From the NCBI GenBank assembly GCA_042570105.1, contig JBHPHW010000003.1:1-57818 (forward strand): a stretch of DNA of 57,818 nt, written 5' to 3'. Each line of letters begins with the position of its first letter. Within the stretch, counting starts at the first letter, position 1. Both the position numbers and the translations under genes were made by a program. The notes under the pieces are model-generated. The model saw nothing but the letters and a program-made list of their open reading frames with translations, did not search any database and was not told the DNA's origin. This document shows, in pieces, positions 8,083-17,228 of this stretch. This stretch comes from Candidatus Omnitrophota bacterium. GTDB taxonomy: Bacteria > Omnitrophota > Gorgyraeia > Gorgyraeales > Gorgyraeaceae.

Positions 8083-10005
8083 TTACTTGGATACTGCCTC
8101 GGCTATATCTTTATACATCATAGGTTTAAGTTTAAGGGCCTCGCGTTTTTTATTAATATGGTCTATCATAAGTTGAGCCCCTTTTATAGGATCACCCTCG
8201 AATGCCCATTTTCCGCCAAACATAGGCTCTACCTCGCTACAGATATAATTTGTCAGGTTTTTGCTTCCAAGGACCCTTAAAGGGGAACCTATAACCACAA
8301 AAATACCTGATGCGACAAAATACCAACCTATTGCAATCGCCTTTTCTGACATCCACTCAGGGGCTGCCCCTGCAACCGGTAATTCATCAATGCTATTTCC
8401 AATGCCGCCTTCTTTGACCATCTCACAGCACGCGGTCAGGATCCTTGTGTTATCAACGCAAGACCCTGTATGAAGGATAGGCGGTATACCAACTGTCTCG
8501 CAGATCTCTTTAAGCCCGTCACCGGCATATCTAAATGCTGCCTCGGGCGTCAAAAGTCCTGCCTTTCCGCATGCGCCTGCTGAACAGCCGGTCTGCACTA
8601 CAAGCACGTCATTTTTTATTAAATGCTTTACCATGTCAGCATGACAGAGGCTTGACTCATTCTTAGGATTATCGCAGCCAACAACACCTGCCACGCCCCT
8701 TAGCCTTCCACCGATTATTGCGTCATTGAGAGGCCTGTAAGAAGGCCTGAATGTCCCCCCAAGATTATAAAATACGTTTTCCATTGTAAAACCGGCGACG
8801 ATCGTCATCTTTTCTTTGGGGATATTTAGTTTGGTCTTGTCTCTGTTTTTATAATTTTCGATCGCTTCAGTTAAAATCTTCTTTGCGATCTGTAATGCCT
8901 CTTTTTCATGAAACTCTATATGCTCTATTCCTTTGAATTTTGCCTTAGGAGAGGTCGAGATAAGCTTTGTGTGATAGTTTTTGGCTACTTGCGGTAAAGA
9001 TGGCATGATGCATTGGATATCCACGACCATTGCCTCGATAGCGCCGGTGACTATTGCAAGTTCCTGCTGCAGGAAATTTCCCGCCATTGGCATGCCATGC
9101 CTCATCAGTATCTCCGCAGCAGTACAGCATATACCTGCAAGGTTTATACCTTTTGCGCCGTTTGATTTTACAAGCTCTACTATCTCCTTATCCTGACTGG
9201 CAGTAACTATCATATCCGAAAGCGTTGGTTCGTGACCATGCACCAGGACATTGACCTCATCTTCTTTTAGCACACCCAGATTTACTTCTGCGTGAATAGG
9301 TTGAGGCGAACCAAAAAGGATATCGCTCAGATCCGTCGCTATCATAGAACCGCCCCAGCCATCAACGAGCCCTGCCTTTATTGCGCATTCTAATATATGC
9401 CTGTATTCATTGTCGCATCCCATATGAGTCCGCGACATGGCTTGTACAATCTCTATGTCGATACCAACAGGATTTACGTTGAACTTCTTCCAGGTATCCT
9501 GTTGCTTTTTAGGGGCCCTTTTAACGAGGTTTAATCCGCCTTCCTGCTGGCCGAATTCTTTTAGTATTCTCTCTCCCAATTCTTCGGCTATTTTAAGGTC
9601 GCTCTTTCCTTCGATCTTTAATCCGAATTCAACAGCAAGTTTTTTTAGCTTGCCAGTGTCCTTTATGGAATAATCCTTTGCCTGGCCTCTTCCTAACTCA
9701 AGAAGAGTCTTTGCCAGGTCACGGCCATGATCTGAATGGCACGCAGAACCAGCCGCAGCCATCCTCGCAAGATTTCTTGCGGCAATAACATCACTGTCTG
9801 CGCCGCATGCCCCTTCCTGAGGGCCTTCGCCAAAGGGATCTATGCGGCACGGGCCAAGGTTACATATCTTACAACATACGCCTAGCGTCCCGAAACCACA
9901 ACGTGGTTCTTGGGCCGCAAAACGATCCCACACCGTGGTGATATTATTCTTTTTAGCAAGGTCTATTAATTTATCATTTACAGGATTACCTGTTGGCTTT
10001 GACAT
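8083..10005 (-). CDS. cooS: anaerobic Ni-dependent carbon monoxide dehydrogenase catalytic subunit
   Basis: CGFGTLGVCCKICNLGPC (D/B clusters); HGHEP, GICCT, DIQC, VGCDN, TGCSA, GSCVDN (C-cluster ligands); PEWMSEKA. Confidence 0.96.
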   Translation of the reverse strand: MSKPTGNPVNDKLIDLAKKNNITTVWDRFAAQEPRCGFGTLGVCCKICNLGPCRIDPFGEGPQEGACGADSDVIAARNLARMAAAGSACHSDHGRDLAKTLLELGRGQAKDYSIKDTGKLKKLAVEFGLKIEGKSDLKIAEELGERILKEFGQQEGGLNLVKRAPKKQQDTWKKFNVNPVGIDIEIVQAMSRTHMGCDNEYRHILECAIKAGLVDGWGGSMIATDLSDILFGSPQPIHAEVNLGVLKEDEVNVLVHGHEPTLSDMIVTASQDKEIVELVKSNGAKGINLAGICCTAAEILMRHGMPMAGNFLQQELAIVTGAIEAMVVDIQCIMPSLPQVAKNYHTKLISTSPKAKFKGIEHIEFHEKEALQIAKKILTEAIENYKNRDKTKLNIPKEKMTIVAGFTMENVFYNLGGTFRPSYRPLNDAIIGGRLRGVAGVVGCDNPKNESSLCHADMVKHLIKNDVLVVQTGCSAGACGKAGLLTPEAAFRYAGDGLKEICETVGIPPILHTGSCVDNTRILTACCEMVKEGGIGNSIDELPVAGAAPEWMSEKAIAIGWYFVASGIFVVIGSPLRVLGSKNLTNYICSEVEPMFGGKWAFEGDPIKGAQLMIDHINKKREALKLKPMMYKDIAEAVSK

Positions 10006-10726
10006 TGATTACCCCCTCTATATCTTTTATAAATTGCGAATCTTTCGGTAATTCCCCCCTGGCGCTCAAAAGTCTTTCATCTAGACTAATAAAGCCGCCT
10101 ATATTTGTTCCTTTTAGATTTTTCTGGATAAAATCCTTGTCTAGCTTTGAGCGGATCTTATTTCCTATTGCAAAAACTTTTTTTATCTTTAAGTTTTGCG
10201 CAAGACACATGATCTTGTGAGCCGTATCCAGGGAAGTGAGGTTTGGCTCTACCACTATAATAAATTCATCAACTGCCTGAGCAGTGCCCCTGCCTAAGTG
10301 CTCAACACCTGCCTCCATGTCGACTATGACTACCTCGTCCCTGTTAAGAAATACATGGCTCAAAAGCGCCTTTAAAAATGCGCTCTCCGGACACACACAG
10401 CCTGCCCCACCCTTTTTAACAGTGCCCATTTCGATCAGCCTTACGCCCTCGTGCATTACTGAAAACTTTTCAGGGATATCGTCTACTTTTGGGTTTAGCT
10501 TAAAAAAGGCGCCCACCTCGCCTGTCCGTTCCAAGATTATCTTTTTTAATCCGGATATTGCTAGTGGCCTCTCTGAAGGAGGAACACCAAGCGCTGTTGC
10601 AAGATTTGCATCAGGGTCAGCGTCTATAGCGATCACCTTTTTCCCCTGATTTTTAAAAATAAACGCTAGTCCTGCCGCAATGGAAGTCTTCCCTGTGCCA
10701 CCTTTTCCGGTAATTGCTATTTTCAT
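9986..10726 (-). CDS. cooC: CODH nickel-insertion ATPase CooC/AcsF
   Basis: GKGGTGKT Walker A, DADP, GCVCP Ni-binding motif, DMEAGVEHLGRGT. Confidence 0.93.
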   Translation of the reverse strand: MKIAITGKGGTGKTSIAAGLAFIFKNQGKKVIAIDADPDANLATALGVPPSERPLAISGLKKIILERTGEVGAFFKLNPKVDDIPEKFSVMHEGVRLIEMGTVKKGGAGCVCPESAFLKALLSHVFLNRDEVVIVDMEAGVEHLGRGTAQAVDEFIIVVEPNLTSLDTAHKIMCLAQNLKIKKVFAIGNKIRSKLDKDFIQKNLKGTNIGGFISLDERLLSARGELPKDSQFIKDIEGVINVKANR

Positions 10727-11589
10727 AATCCAGCTGCTTCTAATACAAGGGGGACCTTTTTATCCCAACCTATGGGCATTACATGGACGCCCTGACACAT
10801 TGGTTTTAGTTCTTTTATGAGCCTTGCTGCTATCTCTATTGACTTGGCGCTTCTATCCTCTGCCTTGCTCATCTCTTCGATCAGATCATCAGGCACAAAA
10901 ACGCCAGAAACATTCTTATTCATAAATTTCGCCATGCCAGCGGATTTTAAAAGCACAATGCCGGCAATAATAGTAGTATTCAAACCTTTTGCCGCATCTA
11001 AAAACTTCTTAAATAACTCTATGTCATAAATCGCCTGAGTTTGGAAAAACTGTGTCCCTGCAGCGATCTTCTTTTCCATCTTCATGATCTCTGGCTCTAT
11101 CGGATCCGCCCCTGGATTTACAACCGCACCCACACAAAATTCCGGCGCGCCTTTTAATTCCTTTCCAGCCATATCCTTCCCTGCCTGCAAGGTCCTGATC
11201 ATATCAAGCAATTGTACTGAATCCAGATCAAATACAGGCATTGCCTGTGGATGATCGCCAAGGGCAGGATGGTCGCCGGTCAAGGCGAGGACATTTTTTA
11301 TACCAAAGACTGCTGCTGATAATAAGTCTGACTGCAGGGCAAGCCTATTCCTATCCCTGCATGTAATCTGAAATACCGGCTCTATGCCACGCTCTATTAA
11401 AAGCTTACAGATAGCAAGAGAACCTATCCTCATAACTGAACTCTGTAGATCCGTAACGTTTATGGCATCTACTTTTCCTTTAATAAGTTCGGCATCCTTT
11501 AAAAGCTCTTCGATATCGGTCCCCTTTGGAGGGCCGATCTCTGAGGTAAGAATAAACTTTTTGGATTTTATCTTATCGCATAAACTCAT
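10723..11589 (-). CDS. metF: methylenetetrahydrofolate reductase
   Basis: EIGPPKG, AINVTD, TCRDRNRLALQSDLL, LTGD, FFQTQ. Confidence 0.92.
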   Translation of the reverse strand: MSLCDKIKSKKFILTSEIGPPKGTDIEELLKDAELIKGKVDAINVTDLQSSVMRIGSLAICKLLIERGIEPVFQITCRDRNRLALQSDLLSAAVFGIKNVLALTGDHPALGDHPQAMPVFDLDSVQLLDMIRTLQAGKDMAGKELKGAPEFCVGAVVNPGADPIEPEIMKMEKKIAAGTQFFQTQAIYDIELFKKFLDAAKGLNTTIIAGIVLLKSAGMAKFMNKNVSGVFVPDDLIEEMSKAEDRSAKSIEIAARLIKELKPMCQGVHVMPIGWDKKVPLVLEAAGL

Positions 11590-11638
11590 TTAAGTTCCCC
11601 CTAATTTCTCTCTTCAGGTCAAGCTGGAGCTGAAGAAA

Positions 11639-12505
11639 CTATACCTGCAACTTGTATACCTCTACCAGGTTCTTCATCAACATCGCTACTGTCAAAGGCC
11701 CTACGCCGCCTGGTACAGGAGTAATATAGGAAGCCCTTTCCTTTGCCTTATCAAATTCTACATCGCCTACGAGCTTTCCTTCGATGCGGTTAATCCCCAC
11801 ATCGATTACAATCGCGCCATCCTTTACCCATTCGCCTTTTATAAGGCCTGCCTTTCCAACAGCCACAATCAATATCTCCGCCTTTTTCACAAATTCCGGC
11901 AGGGTCCCACGTTCCCCTGTAGCTATATGGCATACAGTCACAGTTGCAAATTTATTCAAAAGCATCAGAGACAATGGTTTTCCAACGATCTCACTATGCC
12001 CGACTATTACAACTTCCTTTCCATACAGCTTGATCGACTCTATTGAATTTAAAAGCTCCATGCATGAAGCTGCTGTACACGGGAGGACATTTGTGTTTCC
12101 AAACACGATCTCTCCCATGTTTTGAGGATGCACTGCCTCGACATCCTTTGAGGGAGATATGAATCGCGATATCAGTTTTGCGTCTATTTGAGTCGGTAAT
12201 GGCATCTGGACTATAATGCCGTGGACTGTTTTATCATTGTTGAGTGCATTGATCGCTTTTATCAATCCCTCCTGCGAAGTCTTCTCGTCTAGTTTTTCGA
12301 GTGAATAATCTACGCCGAGATTTTCGGCATTTTTCTTCTGCGATCTTAAATAGACCTCTGATGCCGGATTTTCACCAACCTGGATACTGACTAGCTTTGG
12401 TGAGGTCTTATGCTTGGCCTTTAATCCTTCTATTTCGCCTTTTATCTTTTCCTTTATGTTTAAAGCAAGAAGCTTGCCATCTAATAATTTTGCACCCATC
12501 TTCAC
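11639..12505 (-). CDS. folD: methylene-THF dehydrogenase/methenyl-THF cyclohydrolase
   Basis: GIIVQMPLP, PCTA, GHSEIVGKP, DVGIN, TPVPGGVGPLTV. Confidence 0.95.
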   Translation of the reverse strand: MKMGAKLLDGKLLALNIKEKIKGEIEGLKAKHKTSPKLVSIQVGENPASEVYLRSQKKNAENLGVDYSLEKLDEKTSQEGLIKAINALNNDKTVHGIIVQMPLPTQIDAKLISRFISPSKDVEAVHPQNMGEIVFGNTNVLPCTAASCMELLNSIESIKLYGKEVVIVGHSEIVGKPLSLMLLNKFATVTVCHIATGERGTLPEFVKKAEILIVAVGKAGLIKGEWVKDGAIVIDVGINRIEGKLVGDVEFDKAKERASYITPVPGGVGPLTVAMLMKNLVEVYKLQV

Positions 12506-13101
12506 CCCATCTTTTCTTTTGTTTTAGTGATCGCGCCTTTATATAAAATTCCCTTTTCCGTTCCTAAGGCATCTAAGACTATCCTCTCTTTTTCCACAAA
12601 CTCTTTATCCTCTATCCCTTTAAGGTTTATCTCAGAATTGAATATGCCGGAATTAAACGCTGCTCCCAAGAGCTCAGCGCCGCAGCCTATATCTGTTATT
12701 AAATTGGGATTTCCCTTTCCGGAAATATCCAAAGCTATCTGTAGGCCTAGATTGGATAATCTGCACATTTTTAAAGAGACTAGATAGCCATCTCTCAATG
12801 CGTTATCAATATTTTTTTTATCTTTCGTCTTGAATGCGCTGGATATCGCGGAATATATCCTTGCATCTTCATCTACCAATGCAGTAAATTCTTCCCTGAT
12901 CTTTTTTAAAGCCACGAGGGATTTCCGGATATCCTCTTGAACCGCTTTATATTTTTGATTCCCGATCGTAAAATTGCAGACCATTTCCAGCAACGCTATG
13001 CCCAGCGCCCCGCAAACACCAGCTGCGCTCCCTCCGCCCGGAGTAGGCTTGCGCGCAGCAAGGTCATCAATATACTTATTTATGGATTTGTTTATATGCA
13101 T
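12502..13101 (-). CDS. fchA: formiminoTHF cyclodeaminase/methenyl-THF cyclohydrolase (FchA)
   Basis: PTPGGGSAA, MVCNFTIG, GNPNLITD; lies between fhs and folD. Confidence 0.85.
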   Translation of the reverse strand: MHINKSINKYIDDLAARKPTPGGGSAAGVCGALGIALLEMVCNFTIGNQKYKAVQEDIRKSLVALKKIREEFTALVDEDARIYSAISSAFKTKDKKNIDNALRDGYLVSLKMCRLSNLGLQIALDISGKGNPNLITDIGCGAELLGAAFNSGIFNSEINLKGIEDKEFVEKERIVLDALGTEKGILYKGAITKTKEKMG

Positions 13102-13112
13102 AGTAACCTCTC

Positions 13113-14822
13113 CTAAAACAACCCTACTACCTTCCCGTTTTTATCTATGTCCACCTTTGTGCCGGCTGGGACAGACGGCAACCCCGGCATCGTACGCATC
13201 TTTCCGCACAATGGATACAAAAACCCTGCGCCTGCTGAAAGCTTGATATCTCTTATTGGCAGGGTAAAGTCCCGAGGCCTGCCCTTCAGGCTAGGGTCAT
13301 GTGAAAGCGAGAGATGTGTCTTTGCCATATTTATAGGCAGTTTATCATATCCAAGCTTTGTATAATATTCTATTTTCTTCAAGGCCTCTTCTGAATACTC
13401 TACATCCTTTGCCCCGTAGATCTTTGTCGCAATAGTCTCGATCTTTTCCTTTATGGGAATATCCAGGGGGTAGAGAAATTTAAAATCAGATTTTTGTTCA
13501 CACATCTTTAAAACCGCTTTCGCCAGATCTATAGCACCGTCCCCACCATTTTCCCAATACTCACCCACGACAACATCCATCGCGCCTGCTTTCTTAGCTA
13601 TGCCTTTGATCGCCTCTATCTCCTTATTAGTGTCATATAGGTACTTATTTATACAAACAACCACATTCAACCCAAATAACCTTAAGTTCTCAATGTGTTT
13701 CACTAAATTCGAGGCGCCTTTTATAACAGCCTCGACATTTTCCTTCTTCACCATCTCCATATCAACGGACCTGCCGGGGATTGCTGTAAAGCCTCCTCCA
13801 TGCATCTTTAAGGCCTTTACCGTACACACGAGCACTATGCCATCGGGCGCCTTAAGGCCTTTAGATCTGCATTTTATATCTAAAAACTTCTCTGCCCCGC
13901 AATCCGCGCCAAAACCACTTTCTGTTACCACATAATCAGCCAATCTTAATGCTATCATATCCGCCAGGACAGAATTATTGCCGTGCGCGATATTGGCAAA
14001 CGGGCCTGCATGCATTATGCAAGGGGTATTTTCGGTAGTCTGGATCAGATTCGGTTTTATCGCGTCTTTTAATAAGACTGTCATAGCCCCTGCGCATTTT
14101 AAATCCTTGGCTGTGATAGCCTTCCCGTCATGACTTGAAGCAACAACCATTCTCTCGAGTCTTTCTTTCAAATCAGATAAGTCAGTCGCTAAAGCCAGTA
14201 TAGCCATTACCTCACTCGCTACGGTTATATCAAAACCAGTCTCTCTAGGGATACCGTTTTCCTTGCCGCCAAGGCCTATTTTAATATTTCGCAATGCCCT
14301 GTCACTTATGTCAACAACCCTGTGGATAACAATCGTATCTGGATTTATATTCAGACTATTCCCTTTTAATAAATGATTATCAATGAATGCCGCCAGAAGA
14401 TTATTTGCCGCGCCTACTGCATGGATATCTCCTGTAAAATGTAGATTTATATCTTCCATAGGCAAGACCTGGGAATAACCTCCTCCTGCTGCCCCTCCCT
14501 TTATCCCGAATACAGGCCCCATTGATGGCTGCCTTAAAGTAGTGATGATCGATTTACCGAGCTTTGCAAGCCCTAGACTTAAGCCTATAGTGGTTACGGT
14601 CTTTCCTTCCCCTAAAGGCGTAGGCGTAACAGCAGTAACATCAATATATTTTCCAAATGGTTTATTTTTTAGGCGGTCTAAAACAGAAAGGGATATCTTC
14701 GCCTTGTATTTCCCGTATAATTCCAACTCGTCTTCAGTTATTCCTATTTGGCGGGCGATTTCAATGATGGGCTTTAGTTTTGCGGCTTGGGCGATTTCAA
14801 GATCACTGGGAACCTTTTTCAA
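13113..14822 (-). CDS. fhs: formate--tetrahydrofolate ligase
   Basis: TPTPLGEGKTVT, GIKGGAAGGGYSQV, HAGPFANIAHG, MPGLP; TTG start after GGAGG. Confidence 0.97.
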   Translation of the reverse strand: MKKVPSDLEIAQAAKLKPIIEIARQIGITEDELELYGKYKAKISLSVLDRLKNKPFGKYIDVTAVTPTPLGEGKTVTTIGLSLGLAKLGKSIITTLRQPSMGPVFGIKGGAAGGGYSQVLPMEDINLHFTGDIHAVGAANNLLAAFIDNHLLKGNSLNINPDTIVIHRVVDISDRALRNIKIGLGGKENGIPRETGFDITVASEVMAILALATDLSDLKERLERMVVASSHDGKAITAKDLKCAGAMTVLLKDAIKPNLIQTTENTPCIMHAGPFANIAHGNNSVLADMIALRLADYVVTESGFGADCGAEKFLDIKCRSKGLKAPDGIVLVCTVKALKMHGGGFTAIPGRSVDMEMVKKENVEAVIKGASNLVKHIENLRLFGLNVVVCINKYLYDTNKEIEAIKGIAKKAGAMDVVVGEYWENGGDGAIDLAKAVLKMCEQKSDFKFLYPLDIPIKEKIETIATKIYGAKDVEYSEEALKKIEYYTKLGYDKLPINMAKTHLSLSHDPSLKGRPRDFTLPIRDIKLSAGAGFLYPLCGKMRTMPGLPSVPAGTKVDIDKNGKVVGLF

Positions 14823-14853
14823 TATCCACCTCCAAGGGTTGTTCGCGCACGGC

Positions 14854-15237
14854 CTAATATCTATATCGAGTGTCTAGATCAAACGCGTTCTTGATAAGTC
14901 GTATCTTTGGAGAACCGCTATCGGTCTCTTCAATGCCTACAATATCAAATCTACAATCTCTATCTTCCAGTCTATGTTTTTTTATATATAAAAGGGCTGC
15001 CTTTGATAATCTATCCTGTTTTTTTCTATCGATCGAATATTCCGGCAAACCAAATCTTTTGGTGTTTTGAGAGCGGACTTCTATAAATGCGATGAAATTT
15101 TTATTTTTACCTATTAGATCTATTTCCCCTGCCTTTGTCTTATAGTTCCTCTCGATTATCGTATAACCTTCTTTTCTCAAAAAAGACTGCGCCAGTCTTT
15201 CTCCTTTTTTGCCCGTATTTATCCTTGATAGATTCAC
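14854..15237 (-). CDS. yraN: YraN family endonuclease-like protein
   Basis: GKKGERLA..FL, RNY..GEIDLI, FIEV, RFDIV; GTG start overlaps rnhB stop. Confidence 0.88.
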   Translation of the reverse strand: MNLSRINTGKKGERLAQSFLRKEGYTIIERNYKTKAGEIDLIGKNKNFIAFIEVRSQNTKRFGLPEYSIDRKKQDRLSKAALLYIKKHRLEDRDCRFDIVGIEETDSGSPKIRLIKNAFDLDTRYRY

Positions 15238-15905
15238 TTCTTCCTTATCGGTGCAAAGCTTTTTCTGTGAATACTGCATGGACCGTATCTCTGGATAGCG
15301 TCTAAATGAGATCTAGTGCCATATCCTTTATGATGCGAAAATCCATACAAAGGAAATCTTTTGTCATATCCTTCCATCAGCCTGTCGCGTGTAACCTTGG
15401 CAACGATCGATGCCGCAGCTATTGAAAGACTTTTTGAGTCTCCTTTTATTATAGAGACTGTCCTGTAGGGCAGCCCTACCTTCATATTGCCGTCCACAAG
15501 CACGCAGATCTTTTCCTTTATTTCCCATTCTTTTTTATTGTTGCGACGGCAGTATTCTTTGATGAGGGCCCTAACGGCATTCCTCATAGCTTCGCATGTC
15601 GAGCAGTATATGTTTTTCCTATCTATAAAACTATGACTCCTCAGCCCTACCCCAAAGATAGATTTTTTTGAGATCTCACAGAACGTCTTCTCCCTTTCTT
15701 TAGGGCGCATTTTTTTAGAATCATCTATTCTTTCTCTAAAAGAAGGTACTGTAAATCTTTTTAAAGGTGATGGTTTCAGAATGAGGGCCGCTGCTACCAC
15801 GGGGCCTGCAAGCGGCCCACGCCCTGCTTCATCCAGTCCGACTATGATAGAAGCGCCGTCAAGAAATGCCTTCTTTTCCCAGATAAGCATCTTGTTTTTC
15901 CGCAT
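15234..15905 (-). CDS. rnhB: ribonuclease HII
   Basis: GLDEAGRGPLAGPVVAAA, DSKK, KGD, AASIVAKVTRD, HKGYGT. Confidence 0.95.
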   Translation of the reverse strand: MRKNKMLIWEKKAFLDGASIIVGLDEAGRGPLAGPVVAAALILKPSPLKRFTVPSFRERIDDSKKMRPKEREKTFCEISKKSIFGVGLRSHSFIDRKNIYCSTCEAMRNAVRALIKEYCRRNNKKEWEIKEKICVLVDGNMKVGLPYRTVSIIKGDSKSLSIAAASIVAKVTRDRLMEGYDKRFPLYGFSHHKGYGTRSHLDAIQRYGPCSIHRKSFAPIRKK

Positions 15906-15919
15906 GCATCCCTTTAGAG

Positions 15920-16267
15920 CTAGAACTCTCCGAGCTCCTCTACCTTTGTGTCTTTTCCGACCTTTCCCCTTAAATAATAAAGCTTGGCCTTTTTAACCTT
16001 GCCTCTTCTTAGAACAGTGATGGAATCTATCAAGGGGGACTGCAGCTGAAAAACCCTTTCTACCCCTTCACCATAGGATATACGTCTTACAGTGAAACTC
16101 TCTCGGGTGCCAGAACCCTTTTTTGCAATGACAATTCCTTCAAAGGCCTGAAGACGCGTCTTTTCTCCTTCTTTTATTTTGACAAGCACCTTCACTGTGT
16201 CTCCGACTCTAAAACTAGGCAGATCTTTTCTTGTAAAACCTGATTCAAATTCAGCGAGTCTATTCAT
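15920..16267 (-). CDS. rplS: 50S ribosomal protein L19
   Basis: [29 protein letters not shown]. Confidence 0.97.
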   Translation of the reverse strand: MNRLAEFESGFTRKDLPSFRVGDTVKVLVKIKEGEKTRLQAFEGIVIAKKGSGTRESFTVRRISYGEGVERVFQLQSPLIDSITVLRRGKVKKAKLYYLRGKVGKDTKVEELGEF

Positions 16268-16282
16268 AACGCTCCTTTTCTC

Positions 16283-16969
16283 TTATTTTATTAAATCCGG
16301 CCTTTTCTTTTTTGTTATCTTTAAAGATTCGGACTTCCTCCAGTTTTCTATTTTCTCATGGTCTCCGGATAAAAGTATCTCAGGGACCTTCATTCCTTTA
16401 TAATCAGAAGGGCGGGTATACTGAGGGTATTCCAATAAATTCTTCGAAAAAGACTCATCGCTTGGAGAATCCTCATTACCCAAGACCCCCGGTAAAAGCC
16501 TTATAACACTGTCTATGATAACCATTCCGGGTAGCTCTCCTCCTGTTAAAACAAAATCCCCTATCGATATCTCTTCATCAATGAGATTCTCTCTTACCCT
16601 TTCATCGATGCCCTCATAATGCCCGCAGAGTAATATGATATGTCCGTAGTGCGCTAATTTTAATGCCGATCTTTGGTCAAAGGTCTTGCCCTTTGGGCTC
16701 AAAAGAATGACCTTTGTCTCTTTCTCTTTTGCTTTCTTCTTTTTGGTTATATGCTTTATAGCCTCAAAGAACGGTTCGGCGCTCATGACCATCCCAGGGC
16801 CTCCGCCAAAAGGTTTATCATCCACCTTTCTGTGCTTATCCTTTGAAAAAGACCTTAGGTCTATGATATTTATCCTGACTAGGCCTTTTTCCCGCGCCCT
16901 TTTTATTATGGATTCGTTCAAGACGGCATCAAACATCTTTGGAAATATCGTCAGGACGTCTATCCGCAT
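16283..16969 (-). CDS. trmD: tRNA (guanine-N1)-methyltransferase
   Basis: VDDKPFGGGPGM, CGHYEGIDER, SIGDFVLTGGE, EYPQYTRP. Confidence 0.97.
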   Translation of the reverse strand: MRIDVLTIFPKMFDAVLNESIIKRAREKGLVRINIIDLRSFSKDKHRKVDDKPFGGGPGMVMSAEPFFEAIKHITKKKKAKEKETKVILLSPKGKTFDQRSALKLAHYGHIILLCGHYEGIDERVRENLIDEEISIGDFVLTGGELPGMVIIDSVIRLLPGVLGNEDSPSDESFSKNLLEYPQYTRPSDYKGMKVPEILLSGDHEKIENWRKSESLKITKKKRPDLIK

Positions 16970-16973
16970 AACC

Positions 16974-17216
16974 CTAAATCACACCTTGCTTCTTAAGTAG
17001 AACTTTTACTACTTCGGACGGTGTCGCACCATTGGATATCCAGTATCTCGCCCTTTCTTTATCTACCACTACAAGAGGCGGTGTCTTCGAAGGATCGTAA
17101 TAACCGATCTCCTCTATCGTCTTTCCGTCCCGTGCGCGTTTTTTATCACATACAACTACCCTTTGATGCGGCTTCTTCTTTGTGCCAAACCTCTTTAATC
17201 TGATCCTTACAGCCAT
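16974..17216 (-). CDS. rpsP: 30S ribosomal protein S16
   Basis: MAVRIRLKRFG, RDGKTIEEIGYYDP, GATPSE. Confidence 0.97.
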   Translation of the reverse strand: MAVRIRLKRFGTKKKPHQRVVVCDKKRARDGKTIEEIGYYDPSKTPPLVVVDKERARYWISNGATPSEVVKVLLKKQGVI

Positions 17217-17228
17217 CTTAATACCTCC

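Noticed and set aside
7501-8280. 259-aa minus-strand ORF overlapping cooF
   Set aside because: Its listed translation matches the + strand shadow of cooF/cooS and has no motif; the region is fully explained by cooF
925-11589. Selenocysteine or stop readthrough in the redox genes
   Set aside because: The proteins appear complete with Cys ligands, and stops coincide with normal ends or gene overlaps
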